From positions 2,074,525-2,138,524 of the forward strand of contig CM074816.1 in assembly GCA_037447605.1 (NCBI GenBank): 64,000 bases of DNA, read 5' to 3'. The translations under genes and the position numbers were made by a program. Below, in pieces: positions 1-18,406 of the stretch (positions are counted from its first letter, which is position 1; each line of letters opens with the position of its first letter). A model generated the notes under the pieces. The model searched no databases. It was not told the DNA's origin and worked only from the letters and a program-made list of their open reading frames with translations. The DNA comes from Zygnema circumcarinatum SAG 698-1b (taxonomy: Eukaryota > Plantae > Zygnematophyceae).

Positions 1-178
1 TTTTTCCGCAACAGAGGGAAGACGCATTAGACACGAGCCGATTGAGCAGGAACAAATTCACGTTTAGAAGACTCGGCGAATCAATCAAGTACAAATCACA
101 AACAGCGTCAATTCATTAAAATAACGCAAGCACTTTGCTGCGTGAACTGCATCTTCACCAACAGGGAGCGACTCACAC

Positions 179-8795
<8,617 letters not shown>

Positions 8796-8959
8796 TGCCA
8801 CCCTGCCCTGCCCTGCCGACCGACCCGAAAGCACGCAGGCGGGCGGGCGTGCAGGCGGGCGGGCGTGCAGGCGGGCAGGCAGCAGCTCCCGAGTGCTGGC
8901 CTCGACCTGCGTATGCCCTGCGCCTGCGCGCTGGGGGTTGGAGGTGCGGAAAGGGGGGG

Positions 8960-9310
8960 GCACGGGGGCACGGGGGCACGGGGGCACGGGATCGGCCGTG
9001 TCCAGAAGGGGGGGGGCACGAGATACCGCGCCCCTCCACCGTACCCCTTACGTCAGCGCACCACGTCACGCCATGTCACGGCCGGGGCTGGGACGGTGAC
9101 TGCTCACACGGAACTCGCATGTTGCAGGCGCACAGTCCGTACTGTTCGTACCATTCGCACTTTTGTTCGTACCGTTCAGACTTTTCGCTCGGTTATCCGT
9201 ACGACGACGTTCCGATTTGAACTGTTCTATGTGGTCACGTCACGGACACGAAGGGGCACGTGCCCCGGACATGCCCCCTTCTCGTAGCCCGGGCAGGGGC
9301 ACGTCCGCGC
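8960..9310 (-). promoter_or_regulatory. GC-rich promoter/5' region of NAD-ME with ACGT-core motifs
   Basis: Lies upstream of the ATG at 8795. Contains GGGGCAC repeats (~8960-8990), CACGTCACG (9062-9070), GTCACGTCACG (9234-9244) and a perfect 14-bp palindrome GGGGCACGTGCCCC (9253-9266). Function is inferred. Confidence 0.4.
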
Positions 9311-9653
9311 CTCCAACCTCCCTGCTCGATCTCCTCGCGAAATAAAGCAATACGGAGCGCCAACGCGCCACGTGGCACGCCGTGCTGCGCCCTGCACGTT
9401 GTCCGCGCGGCGCTTTTCACGTGGCCGCCACGCGGCGCTCCCTCGTTGGCGGAGAGCGGCGGCCCTTCGGCTTCCGTCCGTAGGCCGACCGCCCGGCCGG
9501 CTCGCACTACAGTAGGAGGTTGAAGGCCGGCAGTTGACGCTGCCGTACCGCACCGTACTTGGAAAAAGTTCGTTTGGGCGGATCTTTCTCTTTTTCCGTC
9601 ACGGAGCGTCAACCAGCTGACGAAGGCGAACCGTGAAAAGGAAACCATATTTA

Positions 9654-10561
9654 GGGTAGTGATATTTCCACCCCTTTTTTGGATCCAAACACCCCTTCCC
9701 GGCCGGGCAGATTTCAAAAGGGATCAAAAACAGAAAATGCTTTTTGCACACCTTTTTGGAATCGATACCCACCTTCTTCCGTCGGCTGATTTTATTTTTG
9801 CTAACCAAGGAAAATGATACCCCGTCACCGCATTTTGAATACTGTATCCCGCCTCCCTGAATTTTTTTTTCGAGGGAAAGAAATATCTGCCTGCCCGAAT
9901 CCGCTCGTAGCGGAAGATCCGTCCGCCACGAGATCGTTCGCGGGTGTCCGTCCTTCACACGTGTGTGTCAATCGCAGCTGTCGATTCCCTCGCAGATCAC
10001 ACCACTGCAGATCACCGTTCGATCTGCAGCCGGGCTCGATCTTAGCGATTGGAAAGCGCCCACGAGTCCCGTCAAAGCCAAATCGCACGTGCGAGAGCGC
10101 TTGTCTCTCTGCCCGAGATCTCGTCATTTGTTTGCTCCCAGCCAATCATCATTTGCCACGTGTTACATTTTTGACGTGGAAAATTTCGATTGGTCTAAGA
10201 TCTGAATATACGAAATTTTGGGTTCCTTGTGAGGAATTGGCGGGATACGTGGGCACGTGCCATGCGCTGAGACCGAGCCCGGCTGCCGATCAAATAGTGA
10301 TCTGCCGTGTTTCGATCTGCGAGGGAATCGACGGCTGCGATTGACCGCACGCGTGAAAAAAAATTCAGGTAGGCGGGATATTCAAATGGGGTGACGGGTT
10401 ATCATTTTCCTTGTTTCGCAGAAATAAAATCTGCCGATGGAGGGTGGTATCGATTCCAAAAAGGTGTGCAAAAAGCATTTTCTGTTTTTGATCCCTTTTG
10501 AAATCTGCCCGGCCGGGAAGGGGTGTTTGGATGCAAAAAAGGGGTGGAAATATCACTACCC
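9654..10561. mobile_element. Non-autonomous long-TIR DNA transposon (MULE-like), copy 1, 908 bp
   Basis: TIRs of ~215 bp start GGGTAGTGATATTTCCACCCC and end GGGGTGGAAATATCACTACCC. 8-bp TSD CATATTTA at 9646-9653 and 10562-10569. No transposase ORF. Confidence 0.9.
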
Positions 10562-10634
10562 CATATTTAACCATGTGACGAAATTCGGCGCCGACAACGT
10601 CATTAGCAAAGATTACGCAAAACGGCTTCTTCGT

Positions 10635-10718
10635 TGCTAGCTGTGGGGTTTGAACCCACGCGTACTAATGTACAGAAGATCTTAAGTCTTCCCCCTTAGA
10701 CCACTCGGGCAAGCTAGC
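10635..10718 (-). tRNA. trnL-UAA: tRNA-Leu, anticodon UAA
   Basis: Reverse complement is GCTAGCTTGCCCGAGTGGTCTAAGGGGGAAGACTTAAGATCTTCTGTACATTAGTACGCGTGGGTTCAAACCCCACAGCTAGCA. It shows a 7-bp acceptor stem, a D-loop AGTGG, anticodon stem GAAGA/TCTTC around TAA, a long variable arm and a GTTCAAAC T-loop. A TTTT run follows shortly downstream. Confidence 0.95.
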
Positions 10719-10949
10719 ATATGAATGGCGGGTTCGCTTTAAAGTTATATTCTAAAAAGTTTTTACTCTCTCCGCGGCCTCACCCTGGAACGACGCTAAC
10801 TGTTGTCGGAGTCCACTCTCCGGTCAGCGCGCGTACAGGTGAGGGGAAGCCGCTCGCATCGTCAGGCAGACAGGCAGACAGGCAGACAGACCGGCAGGCA
10901 CAGCAGGCGTGCGGACGCATCCCTGCCGTACGGACAAGCACTCCCTCCT

Positions 10950-13679
10950 TCACAGCAGTTTTGACCTTCTCAGGGCTTCAAGCACACTCACTAATGGAGG
11001 AAGCCAGCGCAACGTACTGTGATCCTGATGCAGTATTGCAACGAACTTAAGGAAAATCTCATCGAAGGATTCCGGCTCTGTCATCATGTTGTTCCTTTTT
11101 GAATCTGCTTGCTTTGACCTTCTGCTCCGTGTCGTACTCTGTGATCCTGGGGATGATACTGTCAGCCTGTTCTGAAGAATGCAGAACAGCTAAGTTGTTT
11201 ATCATAGAAAAGGAGAAGAAATGGACTTTACAGGTTGAAAAAGAGGAGACGAACAGTTGCAAAAAAAGTGAAAAGAATTAATAGAAAATACTATGAAGTT
11301 TGATGAAGGTTTCATTTTTAGTGCAAAAGAAAATGACAGGGAGAAGTTGCGTCTGTCGCTAGTAGCTTTTGAGAGCGAAGATGTAACTACTAACGATGTT
11401 GTCGTCAGATTAGGAGTAGAGACAGAGATATCTGAGTTTGATTCTGCCAGCTTGCAACATATTGGCCTTTTGGACTTGGACTCCCTCATGATTTCTTTCG
11501 GAGAATGATACTGCACCCCCGCCGTTCTGAGGTTCTGATTTGTGAAAGTTCCTATTGGCTTTTGGAACCGGTATAAGGCCACGACGAGGAATAGGTATTC
11601 GGTCTCCGGCGAGGCATACGCACATAATAGACATGTACATCTTAGGGCGGGATAAGCGATAAGAGAGTTGAAAACACATAATCTGAGGGGTGCACTGGGA
11701 CCCAATCCAAAAAAAAAATGAAAGCATGAGCCTCTTGTCCTCTCTGTACCTCACTGACGTTAAGCAAGCCAGTGTCAGTGCGCACACGACCATGTCCGCA
11801 TTTTCATTCAAGCTCACACAAATTTCCATTTCTAGGCGGGTGTTTCAAGCAGGAGATCTGGACCTGGAGATCAACAGTTCCCACAGTTCCCAGTATACAC
11901 AAGGCAGAAGCTGCTATTCAATAGCCCAAAAAAGTTTGCCGAAAACTGTTTTATTTCAAAAAAACCAAGTGACTGCGGCGGGCAGTCAGCTGATTACATA
12001 CACTCAGGCAGCTGCCGCTCTATCTCCCTCGAGCAACACCCCGCAAAGCTTCACTCTGCCGGCCCTCCCGCAAAACCCTCTCCCTCCCTCTTTATTGCAG
12101 CCACTGCTCGCTGACAGCATGCGCCCCCCTTGCTCTACCCTGCAAACTTGCTACACCCGATTCCCAAAAAGAAAGGACACCATCCCATTTCGGAATGAAC
12201 ATTACACGTTCCCCATAGAACAACCAGGATAGCTAAACGCAAAACATAGACGCACTACTGAGCAGCTAACACACTAGACCTATATACACTATCGTTGGAT
12301 TGGAAAGCTTGTGTAAAGTACAAAATATCTACACTTTGATTGAAAAAACGTAAGGAGCTGGCACACTGGGCTGAAGGTCCCAAATCTGTTCAAACCAAAC
12401 GACAAACAGGCCGTGTTCGTTTACAGCATAACTTGGAAAGTAGTAGAAATACCTTATGACCATCTGCAACAGCGAGGACCGACTGCTGAAAGTACCTGAT
12501 GGAAGGTCCAGGACTCCTGCTTTCCACATTTGTACAAGACAGAGAACTAGACAATAGCCACATTCTGGTTACAACTTAACAGTGGTACCTGTACGCCATC
12601 GAACACGGAAACATATCATCGGCCACATGAAACATCGTCAAAGTAACCTTGCCGATGTGCAGCGGACTTCCCTCAGTTGCTCGTCAGACGCCATCTCTCT
12701 GTGCTCTCACGTTCTTCAGCAGCGACGCTGCTCAGCCGCCTTTCAGAGGACTTACGTTCTTTCAGAGGCTGCCTCCTCCTTCCAGGGCTCCAGAGGGCCT
12801 CGGCCCACTCGTCAGACGCAATGCTGTCCGTGTCACTGCCTGCGTCCCCCCCGTCCTCGCTGACCTGCCCGGAGCTCGCGGGCTGGCTGTGCGGCGGCAG
12901 GGCCTCCTGGGGCTCTCCCGCGCTGCTGAGGACGAGGCACAGGCTGTCGAGCGGCTGGACCTGCACTTGGCGCCTGGCCGGCAGAGACAAGCCTCGCCGC
13001 AGGACAGTGTGCAGACCTGAGCAGCCACTGGCACCTGGAAAGAAAAAGCAAATGGAGGACCACCTTCACACAAGAAATGCAAAGCGAAACAAAAAAAGAC
13101 CAGCATTTTCATGGAGACAAAAAGCTGCGATCACTTTTCACAAAATTCTAATCGAGCATAGGCATGTAGAACGCTTATACCAAACGATCGCCAAATGAAT
13201 GGGGGCAAAAGGAAAGAAGAAATGGCATGAAACGTTTTGAAACATCGACAATTCAAAGCAATCACCGATCTTCCAACTTTACTCAATACTCTTCACGTGT
13301 GTGCCATTCGAGCAATTACGAGGGCTTGCAAAATTCCACAAAATCAGGATAGTAAACATCACATAAACAAACGATCACTGCATTATTTTTATAGACGGCT
13401 GCAGCGTAACTCTGCTGGCAGCAGCCGCATGAATCATGAAGTCCCCTTTCACATCGAAGTCCCAAAAGCTCCTCGATGAGGCTGCACACCTGCAGACGAG
13501 TCACCGGGAAGCAGAACGCCAAGACCCGCCGGCTCCGCCGAGCTATGCTTGAAGCGGCGCTGCCCGGCAGCCATGGCTACTTTCTGGCCCGCCTTCTGTT
13601 TGGCATCGTCGGATGCCACAGCAGTCGCTGTTGTAGAGGAGCAAAGCGCTCCAGGAAGCCACGGAAGGTATCCGCCCAT
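10950..13679 (-). CDS. Putative multi-exon hypothetical protein (no family recognised)
   Basis: GC-rich 5' end near 13.9 kb. Candidate exon 1 (ATG 13679 or 13574) ends in a donor near 13490. A GC3-rich exon ~12756-13035 (QVQPLDSLCL...EDGGDAGSDTDSIASDEWAEALW) ends in a GTAAGT donor. Further open minus-strand stretches occur at ~11290-11700 and 10950-11172 (...SFDEIFLKFVAILHQDHSTLRWLPPLVSVLEALRRSKLL*). Middle exons are unresolved. Confidence 0.35.
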
Positions 13680-14100
13680 GAAACCGCAAGCCAGCCGTTA
13701 TGTACAGAACCAGGAGCAAACAGAAACCACGGGGCGACTTCAGTTGAGAAGGTACTACTGTAGCTGCAAGGCCGGGGCCAGTCAGTGCCGGCTTCCTAAT
13801 GCGGTACAGTCTCACGAAGAGCTGCGATTGTGCAGACACCACATGGCGGGCGGGGGGGGCGGCCGGGCGGGCGGGCCCAGTACAACAATGGACCACCTTC
13901 CTTCTTTCCCTCCCTCCCTCCCTCCGCGCTTCCTCGTCCTCGCCGCTTCGAGGCCGGCCCTCCGAGCCCGAGCCCCTAGGCCCTAGGCCCTAGGCCCTGG
14001 GCGAGGCGGAAGCACGACGACTCTACCGAGCGGGCCGAAATAAAAAAAAAGAAAAATCACAGCCGATGATAAGGCGGGGTTATCGGCCCACGTGGCTCCA

Positions 14101-14326
14101 CCAGGTCACATCGGACGGTCAGAAGGAGCTAAAGGAGGCCATTACAGAATCGTGGCCGTCCGAGACGTGCCTCGGCCAGGTCACATCGGACGGTTGAGTC
14201 GAGCTAAGGGAGGCCATTACGGAATCTTGGCCGTCCGAGACGTGAATTGGCCAGGTCACATCGGACGGTTAAAAGAGGCTACCTCGAGGTACCATTTTAA
14301 TCGGAGCCGTCCACATCGTGACGTGG
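14101..14326. repeat. Three tandem 75-bp units, each an imperfect hairpin
   Basis: CCAGGTCACATCGGACGGT starts at 14101, 14176 and 14251. Each unit also carries the complementary arm GCCGTCCGA(GACGTG), degenerate in unit 3. Confidence 0.85.
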
Positions 14327-14496
14327 CTCAATCCTCATAGCTTGGCCACCGACGTGGCAAAGTGTGGGAAGGACTTTCACAAGATCGGTTCACCGACACT
14401 ACCGTACGGTTCGTACCGTAATCTGGTCCGGGACTGGTGACCGGGCCACTTCAAAAATACAGTAACCCCCCCACTCAAAAAGAAATCAGGGGGAAA

Positions 14497-14532
14497 GGAT
14501 ATCCAAAAAGGGGGGAGCGTCCATCATTCTCC
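14497..14532. mobile_element. Solo right-hand TIR of a related MULE-like element
   Basis: Reverse complement reads GGAGAATGATGGACGCTCCCCCCTTTTTGGATATCC, matching the TIR pattern of the elements at 16026 and 49451. No partner TIR was found. Confidence 0.35.
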
Positions 14533-14550
14533 CTCAAATTGGTTTAAAAA

Positions 14551-15484
14551 GGGTAGTGATATTTCCACCCCTTTTTTGGATCCAAACACCCCTTCCCGGC
14601 CGGGCAGATTTCAAAAGGGATTAAAAACGGAAAATGCTTTTTTCATAGCTTTTTGGAATCGATACCCACCTTCTTCCGTCGGCTGATTTTATTTTTGCTA
14701 ACCAAGGAAAATGATACCCCGTCACCGCATTTTGAATACTGTATCCCGCCTCCCTGAATTTTTTTTTTGACGAAAAGAAATATCTGCCTGCCCGAATCCG
14801 CTCGGAGCGGAAGATCCGTCCGCCACGAGATCGTTCGCGGGTGTGTCCTTCACACGTGCGTGTCAATCGCATCTGTCGATTTCCCTCGCAGATCGCACCA
14901 CTGCAGATCACCGTTCGATCTGCAGCCGGGCTCGATCTTAGCGAATGGAAAGCGCCCACGAGTCCCGCCAAAGCCGGATCGCAAGTGCGAGTGCGCGCGT
15001 CCCTCGGCCCGAGATCTCGTGCATTGTCAGCTCTCAGCCAGTCAACATCTGCCACGTGTTACATTTTTGACATGGAAAACTTTGATTGGTCCAAGCTCGC
15101 AATGTACGAAATATTGGGTTCCTCAAAGTTGCAACCGTACGATATTTGTACGGACCAACTTTTGAGACGAGTTTGGCGGGATACGTGGGCACGTGCCATT
15201 CGCTGTGACCGAGCCCGGCTGCAGAGCAAATATGTTGCGATCTGCGAGGGAATCGACGGCTGCGATTGACCGCACGCGTGAAAAAAAATTCAGGTAGGCG
15301 GGATATTCAAAATGGGGTGACGGGTTATTTCCCTGTTTCGCAAAAATAAAATCTGCCGATGGAGGGTGGGTATCGATTCCAAAAAGGTGTGAAAAAAGCA
15401 TTTTCCGTTTTTAATCCTTTTCGAAATCTGCCCGGCCGGGAAGGGGTGTTTGGATCCAAAAAAGGGGTGGAAATATCACTACCC
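14551..15484. mobile_element. Non-autonomous long-TIR DNA transposon (MULE-like), copy 2, 934 bp
   Basis: Same termini and internal sequence as 9654-10561, in the same orientation. It has a different 8-bp TSD, TTTAAAAA (14543-14550 and 15485-15492). Confidence 0.9.
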
Positions 15485-16184
15485 TTTAAAAAACCCGTAA
15501 ATATGACATGTACGGACGAAGCAGTACAGTAATACTAGCCGCCTGCTTGGCCGCCTGCTTCCTGCCGGGCGCCTGCCTCCCTCCCTCCAATGTTGCAAGA
15601 ATTTTGTGGAGAACTTGCTTCAACATTTCTCATTTTTTAATCGTTGAGCCAGAATCTTCAGTAATTGGATGGGAAAAACAATTTCATTAAAAGGCATTCG
15701 TCATTGCAAATAGTTTGATAGATTGAACGCTCCTCAGCGGTCATTTTGAGTAGTTTACATCAGTTCTAGAGCCCTCGTATTCAGCTTAGAACCATCAAGA
15801 AACCATTAAAACATTTTTTATTTTATTCCCAATTGTAGTTCCTCTTTCAGTTTCTGTTTTTGTGATTAAAACCCAAAATTTTGGAGATTATGATTTGGAA
15901 TTTAGTTTTTGTGTGGAGGTTTCCAAACTATGATTGATTTTAAAAAGAAATCCAAATGAAATTGAAATGAAATTGTGATGAAATTTTCCCCTTCACCTTC
16001 ATTTTAAAAAGATGATATTGATTTGGGAGAACTATATACCGCCCCCCCTTTTTTGGTTATCCCGCCACTGTTTTTTTGAAATCCGACCCTCCCATTTCGG
16101 CTATTCTGCCCCCTGTTTTGAAATATCCCGCCCCCCCCCAATTTGGATATTCCCCCCCCCGTTTTCTCCTTCTCACACATCAGC

Positions 16185-16329
16185 GCAACGTTCGAGAGAG
16201 TGAGCAAAGGAGAGAAACAGAGTGAGCAGAGGAGTGAGAGCAAAGGAGAGAGAGACTAGAGTAGAGAGCACAGGAGAGAGCAAAGGAGAGAGAGTAGAGG
16301 AGAGAAAGACTAGAGGAGAGAGAGCAGAG

Positions 16330-16360
<31 letters not shown>

Positions 16361-16888
16361 GGAGAGCAGAGTGAGAGCAGAGGAGAGAGAGTAGAGGAGA
16401 GAAAGACTAGAGAGAGAGCAAAGGAGAGAGAGAGTGAGTAGAGGAGTGAGAGCAAAGGAGAGAGAGACTAGAGTAGAGGAGAGAGAGCAAAGGAGAGAGA
16501 GAGAGGAAAGAAAGACTAGAGGAGAGAGCAAAGGAGAGAGAGAGAGTGAGTAGAGGAGTGAGAGTAGAGAGAGAGACTAGAGGAGAGAGCAAAGGAGAGA
16601 GAGAATGAGCAGAGGAGAGAGCAAAGGAGAGAGAGAGAGTGAGTAGAGGAGTGAGAGCAAAGGAGAGAGAGACTAGAGGAGAGAGCACAGGAGAGAGCAA
16701 GGGAGAGAGAGAGAATGAGCAGAGGAGAGAGCAAAGGAGAGAGAGAGAGTGAGTAGAGGAGTGAGAGCAAAGGAGAGAGAGACTAGAGGAGAGAGCACAG
16801 GAGAGAGCAAGGGAGAGAGAGAGAATGAGCAGAGGAGAGAGCAAAGGAGAGAGAGAGAGTGAGTAGAGGAGTGAGAGCAAAGGAGAGA
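16185..16888. repeat. GA-rich compound microsatellite with ~110-120-bp higher-order duplications
   Basis: Recurrent blocks AGAGCAAAGGAGAGAG, ACTAGAGGAG and GAGTGAGTAGAGGAGTG. Near-identical blocks at ~16670-16780 and ~16782-16888. Confidence 0.9.
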
Positions 16889-16889
16889 T

Positions 16890-17066
16890 ATTCCTCTTCT
16901 TACTACTCTCTTCCAGACCTCTGTCCTCGTAGGTCCCCCCGCTAAAGCATTGCAGGTAGATTCGGCGGATATCGCTATGCTTGCCGATCTTGATGTGAAA
17001 TTCTTCCTTCTTGTAGTGCTTGGTCAAGACTTGTACAAGCTCATCGTGAGTCTTATACTCAGTCAT
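16890..17066 (-). pseudogene. N-terminal fragment of a MULE/FAR1-like transposase (DNA-binding region), truncated by a GA-rich repeat
   Basis: MTEYKTHDELVQVLTKHYKKEEFHIKIGKHSDIRRIYLQCFSGGTYEDRGLEESSKKRN resembles the Y/F..(E)L...F.I....S....IYL.C.RGG.Y pattern of MULE N-termini (recognised by eye). It sits inside the TIR element. Confidence 0.6.
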
Positions 17067-17091
17067 TTGTGTGGAGATTGCAAACCGAGAG

Positions 17092-17395
17092 GAAGAAGGG
17101 AAGGGAGGGGTGGGGAGGGAAGGGGAGGGAGGGGTGGGGAGGGGAGGGAGGGAGGGAGGGGAGGGGAGGGAGGAGGAGGGAGGGAGGGAGGGAGGGAGGG
17201 AGGAAGGGGAGGGGAGGGAGGAGGGAGGGAGGGAGGGGAAGGAAGGGGAGGGAGGGAAGGGGAGGGAGGAAGGGGAGGGAGGGAGGGAGGGAGGGAAGGA
17301 AGGGGAGGGAGGGAGGGAGGGGAGGGGAGGGAGGGAGGGAGGAAGGGGAGGGAGGAAGGGGAGGGAGGAAGGAAGGGGAGGGAGGGAGGGAGGGT
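17092..17395. repeat. Homopurine (GGGA/GGAA)n tract
   Basis: About 300 bp composed almost only of G and A on the + strand. Confidence 0.9.
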
Positions 17396-18169
17396 AGAGA
17401 GCCAGGAGGCGGAAAGAAATATTCAAAGCAGGCGATCTCCTCCGGGAATATCCATTAGGGGTCTCGGACTTAAACAAAACTTGGTAATAAATGTGACTTG
17501 GTAATTGTGTCGGGGATAGAAATTGGTAATAATGATTACTTTGCCTAACCTCGTGCTTCTAACCAAATGCAGTTTCAACGCCGGTAATCAGACAAGTCCA
17601 ATTGGTCATGTATGCCCCAGACTTGTAATCGCATGCCTCTATCACTGAACTTATCACCACCCAAAGCGGTGGTTTTAGGTCTCAGCGAAAGGAAATGGTA
17701 ATGGAACGGGCGTCACCATGGCGTCCACACCCGACGACATCCCCTCCCGCCTTGCGCCCGCCCTGGTCGGGTTGCAATTCAAAATTGCGGCGTCGGCGTC
17801 GAATATCGGCGCGATCCTACGCGCCGTTAGCAGCCTTTTTTAAGTTTGAGACCCCGTAGCGGTAGTAGAAGTTAGTCATCGCGCCTTTGGAAATTGGTCA
17901 TACCGCAAATGCGGAGTGGTGATAAAGTCCGCGTCGCGTCCGCGATCACGGTTACGTTAAAGTAGCGAGACTATTAGTTGACTCGAAAACGGTATCATTA
18001 CAGCAGTAGTGGTAATCGTTTTTTAAGTCTGAGACCCCCTATTGGGGGAGGGGGGCAGAATAGCCGAAATGGGAGGGTCGGATTTCAAAAAAACAGTGGC
18101 GGGATAACCAAAAAAAGGGGGCGGTATATAGTTCTCCTTGATTTGGAGTAATTGACGATGGATGGAAAA

Positions 18170-18352
18170 TCGATATCGAAATCGACATCGACACGACACG
18201 ATACGGAGCGATATGGTACGATATGATACGATATGGTACGGTACGATACGTACGGATATACATGAACACTAACATAATACCGCCCGCCTATTATTATATT
18301 ATTGTTAACTCGCCCCCATATTTGCCAAAACCATTGCGAAATTATGAGGGCT
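18170..18352. mobile_element. Degenerate fragment of the MITE family also present at 49304-50826
   Basis: A (GATAC/GGTAC)n run is followed by ACTAACATAATACCGCCCGCCTATT, matching CTCTAACATAATACCGCCTGCCTATT at ~50721 and the reverse complement of ~49850-49930. Confidence 0.55.
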
Positions 18353-18406
18353 GTCTACTGTACCTACAAACGACGGGGGAAGGGAAGGAGAGACAGAGGG
18401 AGGGCG

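Larger units (their letters stand above)
16026..18137. mobile_element. Internally deleted Mutator-like element (2112 bp) with transposase remnant
   Basis: ~87-bp near-perfect TIRs (GGAGAACTATATACCGCCCCCCTTTTTTGG... at 16026, reverse complement ending at 18137). 8-bp TSD TTGATTTG at 16018-16025 and 18138-18145. Confidence 0.88.

Noticed and set aside
11293-11508. Plus-strand 71-aa ORF MKFDEGFIFSAKEND...
   Set aside because: It has no supporting plus-strand exon structure and is more likely the antisense shadow of the minus-strand hypothetical gene. Strand remains untested without RNA data.
14101-14326. CRISPR-like repeat/spacer interpretation
   Set aside because: Eukaryotic context, only three units, middles clearly homologous to one another, and no cas genes.
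16180-17504. Long Pro/Ser/Leu or Gly/Glu/Arg ORFs, including the 356-aa ORF 16407-17477
   Set aside because: They are translations of GA/GGGA microsatellites. Only the 59-aa transposase-like piece is retained.
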